DNA of 34,989 bases from a virus (lineage: Duplodnaviria > Heunggongvirae > Uroviricota > Caudoviricetes): IMG/VR virus record IMGVR_UViG_2778261298_000001; one strand, written 5' to 3'. Positions within the stretch are counted from its first letter, which is position 1. Every line of letters begins with the position of its first letter. Shown here in pieces: positions 17,857 to 27,176 of this stretch. The position numbers and the translations under genes are program-made. The notes below the pieces were generated by a model, which was given only the letters and a program-made list of their open reading frames with translations, was not told the DNA's origin and did not search any database.

Positions 17857-17989
17857 CGGTGATCTGAACGCATTGCTGGATGAAACGGAGGCCGCCTGGG
17901 CGGTCTGTGCAGACAAAGTGGACATGATTATTGCGTGTCAGGAGCGAAACATTGAACAAACCACAATCCCTGCGCCACGCCCTCAATAA
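17699..17989 (+). CDS. lysC: Outer-membrane lipoprotein spanin (LysC/Rz1-like), overlapping lysB in the +1 frame
   Basis: GTG start with GGAGGA RBS; signal peptide with lipobox LTLSGC; Pro/Cys-containing short product. Confidence 0.7.
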   Translation: MRTRIYAAGLILLCLLTLSGCGNVRHSPEVQLTVSGCPRVTPCRLEQAAPRTNGDLNALLDETEAAWAVCADKVDMIIACQERNIEQTTIPAPRPQ

Positions 17990-18383
17990 AGCGGTGCCTT
18001 ATGTCTGTAATAATCCGGACAAACTGCATCTGTTTGTCGATAACGGTTCGCTGGTTGCCACGGGGGCCAGCTCCATGTCATGGGAGTACCGCTATACCCT
18101 GAACGTGGTGATAGAGGATTTCAGCGGCGACCAGAATCTGCTGATGGCCCCGGTTTTGCTGTGGCTGCGGGATAACCAGCCCGATGCCATCAATAACCCG
18201 GCGTTACGGGAAAAGCTATTCACCTTTGAGGTGGATATTCTGCGCAACGATGTCTGTGATATCAGCCTTAACCTGCAACTGACGGAGCGTGTGCTGGTCA
18301 GCACTGACGGCAGTGTGTCGAACGTTGAAGCGGTAGCGGAACCTGATGAACCTGAAGAAATGTGGACGGTGAAACGTGGCTGA
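17952..18383 (+). CDS. R: Tail completion protein (P2 gpR family)
   Basis: LNKPQSLRHALNKAV...FVDNGS...YTLNV resembles the P2 R N-terminus as I recall it. Probable TTG start at 17952 with an AGGAG RBS; the track start at 17931 is also TTG. Confidence 0.7.
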   Translation: MNKPQSLRHALNKAVPYVCNNPDKLHLFVDNGSLVATGASSMSWEYRYTLNVVIEDFSGDQNLLMAPVLLWLRDNQPDAINNPALREKLFTFEVDILRNDVCDISLNLQLTERVLVSTDGSVSNVEAVAEPDEPEEMWTVKRG

Positions 18384-18822
18384 ATTGCAGAAGGTGGACG
18401 ACTGGCTGAGTGCCTTGCTGGTGAATCTGGAACCAGCCGCAAGAAGCCGAATGATGCGCCAGCTGGCACAGGAACTGCGCCGGACACAGCGGCAGAACAT
18501 CAGGATGCAACGCAATCCTGATGGCAGCCGCTATGAACCGAGGCGAGTAACAGCACGCAGTAAAAAAGACCGTATCAAACGTCAGATGTTTACAAAGCTG
18601 CGCACCACAAAATACCTGAGAACTGCCGCCAGCTCTGATTCTGCCAGCGTACAGTTTGAAGGTAAGGTGCAGCGCATTGCCCGTGTTCACCATTACGGCT
18701 TGCGCGATCGCGTCAGTCGCAAAGGACCTGAGGTCCGTTACGCAGAGCGTCGCCTTCTGGGTGTAAATGATGATGTTGAGGCAATGACCCGCGACATGAT
18801 TCTGCAATGGCTGGCGGGATGA
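18376..18822 (+). CDS. S: Tail completion protein (P2 gpS family)
   Basis: 148 aa; GTG start overlapping the R stop. Confidence 0.75.
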   Translation: MAELQKVDDWLSALLVNLEPAARSRMMRQLAQELRRTQRQNIRMQRNPDGSRYEPRRVTARSKKDRIKRQMFTKLRTTKYLRTAASSDSASVQFEGKVQRIARVHHYGLRDRVSRKGPEVRYAERRLLGVNDDVEAMTRDMILQWLAG

Positions 18823-18826
18823 TCTT

Positions 18827-18844
18827 TGTATCAGCACTGATACA
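18827..18844. promoter_or_regulatory. Ogr/B-type late promoter activator site (TGT-N12-ACA) upstream of V
   Basis: TGTatcagcactgatACA, a perfect extended palindrome, about 47 bp upstream of the V start. Confidence 0.55.
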
Positions 18845-18890
18845 AGTTGCAGCACTGCCGCCTTTCTTCCCCTGATGGCAACCTTTCCCT

Positions 18891-19469
18891 ATGAACGCAC
18901 AATTAACCGAAATCATGCGCCTTATCACCAACCTGATCCGCACTGGTGTAGTCACCGAAGTGGACCGGGAAAACTGGCTTTGCCGGGTGAAAACGGGCGA
19001 CCTTGAAACCAACTGGATTAACTGGCTGACGCTGCGCGCGGGTAATGCCCGCACATGGTGGAAACCATCGGAAGGTGAGCAGGTGGTGCTGCTGAGTCTG
19101 GGAGGCAATCTGGAAACCGCCTTTGCGTTGCCCGCTGTCTATTCGAATCAGTTCGCGCCACCTTCGACGTCGGCGGACGCCTGCGTGACAGAACATCCTG
19201 ACGGTGGCTGGTTTGAATACGAACCCGCAACCGGGCGCTGGTATGTCAGGGGCATCAAATCCATGGTCATTGAGGCTGCCGACAACATCACCCTGAAAAC
19301 CAGTGAGTTTGTGCTGGAGGCTGACCGCACGCGTATTAACAGCGAAGTAGTGATCAATGGTGGTGTTACCCAGGGCGGCGGTGCAATGAGTTCTAACGGA
19401 ATTGTGGTTGATGCACATCAGCATACTGGCGTCCTGAAAGGCGGCGACACAACCGGAGGCCCGGTATGA
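18891..19469 (+). CDS. V: Baseplate spike/assembly protein (P2 gpV family)
   Basis: 192 aa; first gene after the late promoter dyad. Confidence 0.8.
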   Translation: MNAQLTEIMRLITNLIRTGVVTEVDRENWLCRVKTGDLETNWINWLTLRAGNARTWWKPSEGEQVVLLSLGGNLETAFALPAVYSNQFAPPSTSADACVTEHPDGGWFEYEPATGRWYVRGIKSMVIEAADNITLKTSEFVLEADRTRINSEVVINGGVTQGGGAMSSNGIVVDAHQHTGVLKGGDTTGGPV

Positions 19470-19825
19470 CGCTTTATAGCGGGATGAACAATACCAGCGG
19501 CAAAGTCATTACTGATATTGACCATCTGCGCCAGTCGGTGCAGGACATTCTGCTGACGCCGCAGGGTAGCCGCATTGCCCGTCGGGAATATGGTTCCCTA
19601 CTGTCGGCACTGATAGATCAGCCACAAAATCCGGCATTACGCCTGCAGGTCATGTCGGCAGTGTATGTGGCGCTGAGTCGCTGGGAGCCACGGCTGACGC
19701 TGGATTCCATCACCATCAACAGCAACTTTGACGGTTCTATGGTGGTGGAGCTGACCGGGCGGCGGAATAACGGTGTGCCTGTGTCCCTTTCCGTATCAAC
19801 AGGAGCAGAGAATGGCAGTGATTGA
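19466..19825 (+). CDS. W: Baseplate wedge protein (P2 gpW / gp25-like)
   Basis: 119 aa; GGAGG RBS. Confidence 0.8.
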   Translation: MTLYSGMNNTSGKVITDIDHLRQSVQDILLTPQGSRIARREYGSLLSALIDQPQNPALRLQVMSAVYVALSRWEPRLTLDSITINSNFDGSMVVELTGRRNNGVPVSLSVSTGAENGSD

Positions 19826-20720
19826 CCTTTCGCAGTTGCCTGCACCGCAGATTGTGGATGTGCCGGACTTTGAGACGCTGCTTGCCGAACGCAAGGCAGA
19901 ATTTGTGGCGCTTCATCCGAAAGATGAGCAGGAAGCCGTGATCCGCACGCTGGAACTGGAATCTGAACCCGTCACTAAATTGTTGCAGGAGAACGCTTAC
20001 CGTGAGTTGCTTCTGCGCCAGCGCATTAACGAAGCCGCGCAGGCGGTGATGGTGGCTTACGCGATGGGCGGCGATCTTGACCAGCTCGCTGCCAACTACA
20101 ACGTGACACGCCTGACGGTGACGCCTGCTGATAATGATGCTGTGCCGCCCGTTGCAGCTGTGATGGAAAGCGATGAAGCGTTACGCCTGCGTGTGCCTGC
20201 AGCCTTTGAAGGGCTTTCTGTTGCGGGGCCAACTGCAGCTTATGAATTTCATGCCCGAAGCGCCGACGGTCGGGTGGCGGATGCCAGTGCAACCAGCCCG
20301 GCACCTGCAGAGGTGGTGCTGACTGTCCTTAGCCGCGAAGGCGATGGAGCTGCAGAAAAAGACCTGCTGGACGTGGTGGAAAAAGCTCTGAACAGTGAGA
20401 ACGTCCGCCCGGTGGCTGACCGTCTGACGGTTCGCAGCGCAGAAATCATCCCGTATCGCGTGGAAGCCACCATTTTTCTCTATCCGGGACCGGAAGCAGA
20501 GCCGGTAATGGCAGCGGCAAAAGCCAGCCTGCAGAAGTACATCGCCAGTCAGACGCGTCTTGGTCGGGATATTCGCCGTAGCGCCATCTTTGCCGCCCTG
20601 CATGTTGAGGGTGTGCAGCGTGTGGAGCTGGCTTCTCCTCTGGCGGATGTGGTCCTGAACAAAACACAGGCGGCATCATGTACGCAGTGGAGCGTAACCA
20701 ACGGAGGAACGGATGAATAG
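19812..20720 (+). CDS. J: Baseplate assembly protein (P2 gpJ family)
   Basis: Start at the ATG at 19812 (MAVIDLSQLP...). Confidence 0.8.
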   Translation: MAVIDLSQLPAPQIVDVPDFETLLAERKAEFVALHPKDEQEAVIRTLELESEPVTKLLQENAYRELLLRQRINEAAQAVMVAYAMGGDLDQLAANYNVTRLTVTPADNDAVPPVAAVMESDEALRLRVPAAFEGLSVAGPTAAYEFHARSADGRVADASATSPAPAEVVLTVLSREGDGAAEKDLLDVVEKALNSENVRPVADRLTVRSAEIIPYRVEATIFLYPGPEAEPVMAAAKASLQKYIASQTRLGRDIRRSAIFAALHVEGVQRVELASPLADVVLNKTQAASCTQWSVTNGGTDE

Positions 20721-21318
20721 TCTGCTGCCACCGGGTTCAACTTCACTGGAGCGCCGACTGGCGCAAACCTGTAGCGGGATTTCTGATCTGCAGGTGCCGC
20801 TGCGTGACTTGTGGAATCCGGCTACCTGTCCGGTCAGCTTCCTGCCTTATCTCGCCTGGGCGTTCTCTGTGGATCGCTGGGACGAGGGCTGGACAGAAAG
20901 CGTCAAACGCCAGGTAGTGAAGGATGCTTTTTATATTCATCAGCATAAAGGAACCACCAGTGCCGTGCGGCGGGTGGTGGAACCGTTCGGATTCCTGATC
21001 CGCATTATTGAGTGGTGGCAGACCGGAGAAACACCGGGCACGTTTCGCCTGGATATCGGCGTGCAGGACCAGGGCATCACTGAAGATACCTATCTGGAAC
21101 TTGAGCGGCTGATAAGCGATGCCAAACCATGTAGCCGTCACATGATCGGCATGTCCATCAATCTGCAGACCAGCGGTCCGCATTGGGTGGGGGCCGCCAG
21201 CTATCTTGGCGAAGAAATCACGATCTATCCGTATATCAACGAAACAATTATTTCTGGCGGCACCGCGCATGAAGGCGGGGCGGTCCATGTTATTGACACA
21301 ATGAGAGTGAATCCATGA
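20713..21318 (+). CDS. I: Baseplate/tail fibre assembly protein (P2 gpI family)
   Basis: 201 aa; position between J and H. Confidence 0.8.
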   Translation: MNSLLPPGSTSLERRLAQTCSGISDLQVPLRDLWNPATCPVSFLPYLAWAFSVDRWDEGWTESVKRQVVKDAFYIHQHKGTTSAVRRVVEPFGFLIRIIEWWQTGETPGTFRLDIGVQDQGITEDTYLELERLISDAKPCSRHMIGMSINLQTSGPHWVGAASYLGEEITIYPYINETIISGGTAHEGGAVHVIDTMRVNP

Positions 21319-22715
21319 GCACAAAATTTTATACCCTGCTGACGGATATTGGCGCGGCGAAACTTGCCAGCGCCGCCGCGCTCGGTGTGCCGCTAAAAAT
21401 TACCCATATGGCGGTCGGCGATGGCGGCGGAGTATTGCCAACGCCAGACTCAAAGCAGACTGCACTGGTAAATGAGAAACGCCGGGCTGCGCTGAATATG
21501 CTCTATATCGACCCGCAGAACAGCAGCCAGATTATTGCCGAACAGGTGATCCCTGAAAACGAGGGCGGTTGGTGGATACGTGAAGTGGGCTTGTTTGATG
21601 AGTCCGGGGCATTGATTGCCGTGGGCAACTGCCCGGAAAGCTATAAGCCGCAACTGGCTGAAGGTAGCGGGCGCACTCAGACCGTGCGCATGGTGCTGAT
21701 TACCAGCAGCACGGACAATATCACCCTGAAAATCGACCCTGCCGTAGTGCTGGCAACCCGCAAGTATGTGGATGACAAGGCACTGGAGCTGAAGGTGTAC
21801 GCGGATGATCAGATGGCAAAACATCTTGCCGCACCGGACCCGCATTCACAGTATGCACCCAAAGAAAGTCCGACGTTTACCGGGACACCCAAAGCGCCAA
21901 CGCCAGCCGCAGGGAATAACACCACGCAGATTGCGACCACCGCGTTTGTTCAGGCGGCTCTGACGGCTCTTATTAATGGTGCGCCAGCCACGTTGGACAC
22001 GCTGAAAGAAATAGCCGCAGCCATTAACAATGATCCGAAATTCAGTACCACCATTAACAATGCGCTGGCACTGAAAGCGCCGCTGTCGAGTCCGGCACTC
22101 ACCGGAACGCCAACCGCACCTACTGCGGCACAGTCGGTCAACAATACACAGATTGCCACCACGGCATTTGTGAAATCGGCGATTGCGGCAATGGTGGGTT
22201 CTGCACCTGCGGCACTGGATACACTGAACGAACTGGCGGCAGCGCTGGGGAATGACCCGAACTTTGCCACGACAATGCTTAATGCGCTGGCAGGTAAACA
22301 ACCGCTGGACAATACGCTGACTAATTTGAGTGGAAAGGATGTAGCTGGTCTTCTCACATACCTTGGTTTGGGAGAAGCGGCTAAAAGGAATGTAGGGACA
22401 GGGGCAAATCAGATACCTGATATGGGTAGCTTCACGCTTTCTGTTTCAGGTACTGGATATCAAAAATTACCATCAGGTTTTATTCTTCAGTGGGGCTCAA
22501 TCGGCGCACCAGGCATTGCACAGGATGTAGTAACCCATTTCCCGATTGCATTTCCAAACAGATGTCTGCGTGTTTTGGTTTCACAAGACTACACACCAGA
22601 TAGCGGGTCTGTTGGTTATATTGCCTGTGCAGGTTTTAGTCCCGACCCGGTTAAATTTATATCCAGAGCCAGTACTCCTGGCCTCGGCGCTTCATTTTTA
22701 GCGTTAGGCTGTTAA
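21315..22715 (+). CDS. H: Tail fibre protein (P2 gpH family); C-terminal part lies inside the invertible segment
   Basis: 466 aa. The constant part runs to ...LLTYLGLGE at the crossover site; internal tandem repeat containing [11 protein letters not shown] twice. Confidence 0.85.
   Translation: MSTKFYTLLTDIGAAKLASAAALGVPLKITHMAVGDGGGVLPTPDSKQTALVNEKRRAALNMLYIDPQNSSQIIAEQVIPENEGGWWIREVGLFDESGALIAVGNCPESYKPQLAEGSGRTQTVRMVLITSSTDNITLKIDPAVVLATRKYVDDKALELKVYADDQMAKHLAAPDPHSQYAPKESPTFTGTPKAPTPAAGNNTTQIATTAFVQAALTALINGAPATLDTLKEIAAAINNDPKFSTTINNALALKAPLSSPALTGTPTAPTAAQSVNNTQIATTAFVKSAIAAMVGSAPAALDTLNELAAALGNDPNFATTMLNALAGKQPLDNTLTNLSGKDVAGLLTYLGLGEAAKRNVGTGANQIPDMGSFTLSVSGTGYQKLPSGFILQWGSIGAPGIAQDVVTHFPIAFPNRCLRVLVSQDYTPDSGSVGYIACAGFSPDPVKFISRASTPGLGASFLALGC
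22351..22376. repeat. Left Gin/Hin-type crossover site of the invertible segment
   Basis: TTCTCACATACC-TT-GGTTTGGGAGAA, a 26-bp imperfect palindrome resembling hix/gix sites. Its right half is the reverse complement of the left half of the site at 24198..24223. Confidence 0.7.
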
Positions 22716-22736
22716 TTTAGCTATATGGAGTGAAAA

Positions 22737-23177
22737 ATGAATTACATATATTCCGCGACTACAAACTCTTTCTATCCGCTGGAGATGAAAGAGGATTACA
22801 CTCAAGCTGACTCATGGCCAGATGATGCTGTTGAAGTTGATGAGCAAGCGTATATTGAGTTTTCCGGATTACCGCCGAAAGGAAAAATCCGTATCGCTGG
22901 AGAAAATGGTTTTCCTGCATGGTCTGAAATTCCACCACCAACACATGAGGAACAGATTGCTGCAGCCGAACTGGAAAAGCAGCAACTGATTAATCAGGCC
23001 AACGATTATATGAACAGTAAACAATGGCCTGGTAAAGCGGCTATTGGTCGTCTGAAAGGTGAGGAACTGGCGCAATATAATTTGTGGCTGGATTATCTGG
23101 ACGCACTGGAACTGGTTGATACCTCCAGTGCTCCAGATATTGAATGGCCTACGCCTCCGGCAGTTCAGGCCAGATGA
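22737..23177 (+). CDS. Tail fibre assembly chaperone (Tfa/gpG-like), orientation A
   Basis: 146 aa with GGAG RBS; C-terminal ...D.S.APD.EWP..P motif shared with the convergent Tfa copy. Confidence 0.8.
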   Translation: MNYIYSATTNSFYPLEMKEDYTQADSWPDDAVEVDEQAYIEFSGLPPKGKIRIAGENGFPAWSEIPPPTHEEQIAAAELEKQQLINQANDYMNSKQWPGKAAIGRLKGEELAQYNLWLDYLDALELVDTSSAPDIEWPTPPAVQAR

Positions 23178-23751
23178 CATCCGGCGCGGTGCTGGTATCT
23201 GTTGCCGTCACCGCGTCAATGTAATCCAGCACGGCGTTAAGTCGGGTTGTTTCTGCCTGCGTCAACTTCCGTCCGGCCTGTAATTTCAGCTGAATCAGAC
23301 TAATGGAAGCCATTGCTGCATCAATCAGTGACTGGCGCTGTGCTTCTGCTGCGTCTACTGCGGCACTATGCTGTGCCTCAGTATCCGTCACCCATTTCTC
23401 ACCATCCCATTTATCATATGGCGTTAACGGGGCGATAGTGGTTGTATTTTCAGGGTAATCACCCGGAGCTGTGATTTCTTTCGATTCTCCTGTTTCGGTG
23501 CTATAGATGATTTCACCGCGATGGTCTGGCACATATTCCCATGAGTTAAAATCTGCAGAACGGCAGATTGCATAACCAGCTTTATGTGTAACTGGTGCAT
23601 CTAAACAAGAACATGCCGGTATACCGACGCCAACCGCAAGATATTCAGTTGATGTGGAAATATATTCCCGCGTTTCACCATCATAATTATAAACGGTTAT
23701 GTCTCCCGCTTTTATGGCAATGAGTTCGTTATTTAATACGGCTTTATTCAT
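23149..23751 (-). CDS. Tail fibre assembly chaperone (Tfa), alternate copy
   Basis: 200 aa; C-terminal ...DTSTAPDVIWPELPEA mirrors the plus-strand Tfa; inside the invertible segment. Confidence 0.75.
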   Translation of the reverse strand: MNKAVLNNELIAIKAGDITVYNYDGETREYISTSTEYLAVGVGIPACSCLDAPVTHKAGYAICRSADFNSWEYVPDHRGEIIYSTETGESKEITAPGDYPENTTTIAPLTPYDKWDGEKWVTDTEAQHSAAVDAAEAQRQSLIDAAMASISLIQLKLQAGRKLTQAETTRLNAVLDYIDAVTATDTSTAPDVIWPELPEA

Positions 23752-24210
23752 CAGGCAGCCCTCACGATATAATTAAAGGCAATGTTACGAGGTCGGTTTT
23801 CGTTTGCAGTTGGAACAACTCTGGAAGCATCGAATGTTACTCGCTTTGCATAACCACCTTTAATTGAATCAGATGAAGCATCTCCGATGACGCTGGTTGT
23901 AAAAACGCCAGAATCAGAAGGGTAGGTATTAAACCTGACATCCACTAATGCACCAATTATATTTCGAATGGCATCTCCCTGTGACGAAAGCAAGCTACGG
24001 TTAGTATCTATTCCTCTTCCGTCATCCCAGCCACGAATGAACTCACCACGTAAATCAGGCAATTTATTTGTCGGGTAAGCCTTTGCCAGTTCCGGGTATT
24101 CTTCAGCAGAAAAAGCCGCACCGTTGCATTTCAGCCAGCCTGTTGGCGGAGTGGCGGAAGGCCACGGAACAGGCACACCAACGGGTAATGCCGAACCTTC
24201 TCCCAAACCA
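23751..24210 (-). CDS. Alternate tail fibre C-terminal (receptor-binding) segment, promoterless in the current orientation
   Basis: Minus-strand ORF whose 5' end crosses the right crossover site and encodes ...GLGEGSALP..., the same junction motif as in H. It would be fused to the H N-terminus after inversion. Confidence 0.7.
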
Positions 24211-24223
24211 ACGTTTAAGAAAA
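24198..24223. repeat. Right Gin/Hin-type crossover site of the invertible segment
   Basis: TTCTCCCAAACC-AA-CGTTTAAGAAAA; inverted relative to the site at 22351..22376 (shared 15-mer TTGGTTTGGGAGAAG on opposite strands). Confidence 0.7.
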
Positions 24224-24278
24224 TGCAGCGATTACGGCTAACTGGCATCATCCCCTATTTTTATTCAGGGAGATGATC

Positions 24279-24845
24279 ATGCTTATTGGCTATGTACGCG
24301 TGTCAACAAATGACCAGAACACCGATTTGCAACGTAATGCGCTGAACTGCGCGGGATGTGAGCGGATTTTTGAGGACAAAATCAGTGGCACTAAGTCCGA
24401 CAGACCGGGGCTTAAAAAACTGCTCAGGACACTATTGGCAGGAGACACGCTGGTTGTCTGGAAGCTGGACAGGTTGGGGCGCAGTATGCGGCATCTTGTT
24501 ACGCTGATAGAAGAGTTGCGCCAGCGTGGTGTGAATTTCCGAAGCCTGACTGACAGTATTGATACCAGTACCCCAATGGGCCGTTTCTTTTTTCATGTCA
24601 TGGGTGCCCTGGCTGAAATGGAACGCGAACTGATAGTTGAACGTACCCGGGCAGGGCTGGCTGCAGCTCGTGCTAAAGGCAGAGTAGGTGGACGCCGTCC
24701 TAAGTTGACCACTGAACAGTGGGCACAGATTGGACGTTTACTCGAGGCCGGAGAATCAAGACAGCGTATTGCACTGATTTTTGATGTAGGCGTTTCTACC
24801 ATTTATCGAAAATTTCCGGCAAATAAGAGCAATAAATCTCCCTGA
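24279..24845 (+). CDS. Serine recombinase, DNA invertase (Gin/Hin/Pin/Cin family)
   Basis: MLIGYVRVSTNDQNTDLQ catalytic-serine N-terminus and C-terminal HTH (GRRPKLT...I). Start at the ATG at 24279 with a GGGAG RBS. Confidence 0.9.
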   Translation: MLIGYVRVSTNDQNTDLQRNALNCAGCERIFEDKISGTKSDRPGLKKLLRTLLAGDTLVVWKLDRLGRSMRHLVTLIEELRQRGVNFRSLTDSIDTSTPMGRFFFHVMGALAEMERELIVERTRAGLAAARAKGRVGGRRPKLTTEQWAQIGRLLEAGESRQRIALIFDVGVSTIYRKFPANKSNKSP

Positions 24846-24893
24846 ATCAGCTTTATTTTGATTATCCCTGAAAGCAGACAAATACCGTCATTT

Positions 24894-24911
24894 TGTGTGA
24901 ATAACGGTACA
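24894..24911. promoter_or_regulatory. Ogr/B-type late promoter activator site (TGT-N12-ACA) upstream of FI
   Basis: TGTgtgaataacggtACA, about 77 bp upstream of the FI start. Confidence 0.5.
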
Positions 24912-24987
24912 ACTGCGCTTAGCTGTTTGTCAGGCACAATCACTTCAACATAGGGCGAAGCCTAATCCAATCAGGAGGTTCGCCACT

Positions 24988-26160
24988 ATGGCTCAGGATT
25001 ACCACCACGGGGTGCGCGTTGTTGAAGTCAACGAAGGCACCCGATCCATTACCACGGTGAGCACCGCCATCGTGGGTATGGTCTGCACGGGCGATGATGC
25101 CGATGCAAAAATGTTTCCTCTTAATAAACCCGTGCTGATCACTGATGTGCTGACTGCCAGCGGTAAAGCGGGTGAGTCCGGCACGCTGGCCCGTTCGCTG
25201 GATGCCATCGCTGACCAGGCAAAACCCGTGACCGTTGTTGTGCGTGTGCCGCAGGGTGAAACGGAAGAAGAAACCACGACCAATATCATCGGCGCAGTGA
25301 CTGCTGAAGGTAAAAAAACAGGCATGAAAGCTCTGTTATCTGCTCAGTCACAGCTCGGCGTTAAACCGCGCATTCTGGGTGTACCAGGTCACGACACCAA
25401 GGCGGTAGCTACTGAGTTGCTGAGTGTGGCGCAAAGCCTGCGTGGGTTTGCTTACCTGTCAGCGTATGGCTGCAAGACTGTGCAGGAGGCAATCACTTAC
25501 CGTGAAAACTTCAGTCAGCGTGAAGGAATGCTGATCTGGCCCGACTTTACTGGCTGGGACACGGTGCTGAATGCCGAAGCAACGGCTTATGCCACCGCCC
25601 GTGCGCTCGGTCTGCGCGCCAAAATTGATGAGCAGACCGGATGGCACAAAAGCCTGTCCAACGTGGGCGTGAACGGTGTCACCGGAATTTCTGCTGATGT
25701 GTTCTGGGATCTGCAGGACCCGGCAACCGATGCAGGTCTGCTGAACCAGAACGACGTCACCACGCTTGTGCGCAAGGATGGTTTCCGCTTCTGGGGTTCC
25801 CGCTGTCTGAGCGATGATCCGCTTTTTGCTTTCGAAAACTACACCCGCACGGCGCAGGTGCTGACGGACACGATGGCAGAAGCACACATGTGGGCGGTGG
25901 ACAAACCGCTGAACCCGTCGCTGGCCCGCGACATTATCGAAGGTATCCGCGCCAAAATGCGCAGCCTGGTCAGTCAGGGCTATCTCATTGGTGGTGATTG
26001 CTGGCTGGACGAGTCGGTGAACGACAAAGACACGCTTAAAGCCGGAAAACTCACCATCGACTACGACTACACGCCAGTGCCGCCACTTGAAAATCTGATG
26101 CTGCGCCAGCGCATCACCGATCAGTACCTGGTGAATTTCGCCAGCCAGGTCAGCGCGTAA
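24988..26160 (+). CDS. FI: Tail sheath protein (P2 gpFI family)
   Basis: 390 aa; AGGAGG RBS. Confidence 0.85.
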   Translation: MAQDYHHGVRVVEVNEGTRSITTVSTAIVGMVCTGDDADAKMFPLNKPVLITDVLTASGKAGESGTLARSLDAIADQAKPVTVVVRVPQGETEEETTTNIIGAVTAEGKKTGMKALLSAQSQLGVKPRILGVPGHDTKAVATELLSVAQSLRGFAYLSAYGCKTVQEAITYRENFSQREGMLIWPDFTGWDTVLNAEATAYATARALGLRAKIDEQTGWHKSLSNVGVNGVTGISADVFWDLQDPATDAGLLNQNDVTTLVRKDGFRFWGSRCLSDDPLFAFENYTRTAQVLTDTMAEAHMWAVDKPLNPSLARDIIEGIRAKMRSLVSQGYLIGGDCWLDESVNDKDTLKAGKLTIDYDYTPVPPLENLMLRQRITDQYLVNFASQVSA

Positions 26161-26169
26161 GGGGACAAC

Positions 26170-26685
26170 ATGGCTTTACCACGCAAATTAAAACATCTGA
26201 ACCTGTTTAACGACGGGAACAACTGGCAGGGAATCGTTGAGTCGCTGACGCTGCCGAAATTCACCCGCAAATATGAGAAGTATCGCGGCGGCGGTATGCC
26301 GGGGGCGGTGGATGTGGATCTGGGACTGGATGACAGTGCACTGGATACAGAATTTTCTATTGGTGGTACCGAACTGCTGCTGTTTAAGCAGATGGGCAAA
26401 TCCACGGTGGATGGCATCCAGTTGCGCTTTACCGGCTCTATCCAGCGTGACGATACCGGGGAAGTGCAGGCCGTGGAGCTTGTGGTGCGTGGACGTCACA
26501 AAGAAGTGGATTCCGGCGAGTGGAAGACGGGCGAAAGCAACACCACCAAAGTGACCAGTACCAACAGCTACGCGAAGCTGACCATCAATGGTGAGGTGCT
26601 CTATGAAGTGGACCTTATCAACATGGTGGAAATTGTGGACGGTGTGGACCTGATGGAAGCGCACCGCAACGCCCTCGGCCTCTGA
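26170..26685 (+). CDS. FII: Tail tube protein (P2 gpFII family)
   Basis: 171 aa, following the sheath gene. Confidence 0.85.
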   Translation: MALPRKLKHLNLFNDGNNWQGIVESLTLPKFTRKYEKYRGGGMPGAVDVDLGLDDSALDTEFSIGGTELLLFKQMGKSTVDGIQLRFTGSIQRDDTGEVQAVELVVRGRHKEVDSGEWKTGESNTTKVTSTNSYAKLTINGEVLYEVDLINMVEIVDGVDLMEAHRNALGL

Positions 26686-26739
26686 TGTATCTGAACGGCG
26701 CGGGATACCGCGCCAGAACCCAATTTACAGGACAACAAA

Positions 26740-27042
26740 ATGAGCGATAAGCAGACTGAAAAGACCATTCAACTGGATACCCCTATCAAGCGCGGTAAAA
26801 CGGAAATCACCGAAATTGTGCTGCGTAAGCCGCAGTCCGGTGCGCTGCGCGGCACGCGCCTGCAGGCCATTATGGATATGGATGTGAACGCGATGATGAC
26901 CGTGATCCCCCGCATTTCCAGTCCGGTACTGACTGCACAGGAAATCGCAGAGATGGACCCGGCAGATCTCACCGCTATGTCGGTTGAGGTTGTCACTTTT
27001 TTGTTGAAGAAGTCGGTGCTTGCCGGTTTACCGACAGCCTGA
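26740..27042 (+). CDS. E: Tail assembly chaperone E
   Basis: 100 aa, between the tube and tape-measure genes; contains the TTTTTTG slippery site. Confidence 0.8.
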   Translation: MSDKQTEKTIQLDTPIKRGKTEITEIVLRKPQSGALRGTRLQAIMDMDVNAMMTVIPRISSPVLTAQEIAEMDPADLTAMSVEVVTFLLKKSVLAGLPTA

Positions 27043-27176
27043 CGGTTGACGATCTGGTGGCAGACATCGCCACCATTTTTCACTGGCCGCCATCCGTTAC
27101 TGACGTTATGCCGCTGACCGAAGTGCTGGAATGGCGGTATAAAGCGATTCAGAGAAGCGGGGCCAACGATGAGTGA
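26740..27176 (+). CDS. E': Tail assembly chaperone E+E' (predicted -1 programmed frameshift product)
   Basis: TTTTTTG at 26997..27003. The -1 frame is open from there to TGA at 27174..27176, overlapping the T start, as in P2 E/E'. Confidence 0.6.
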
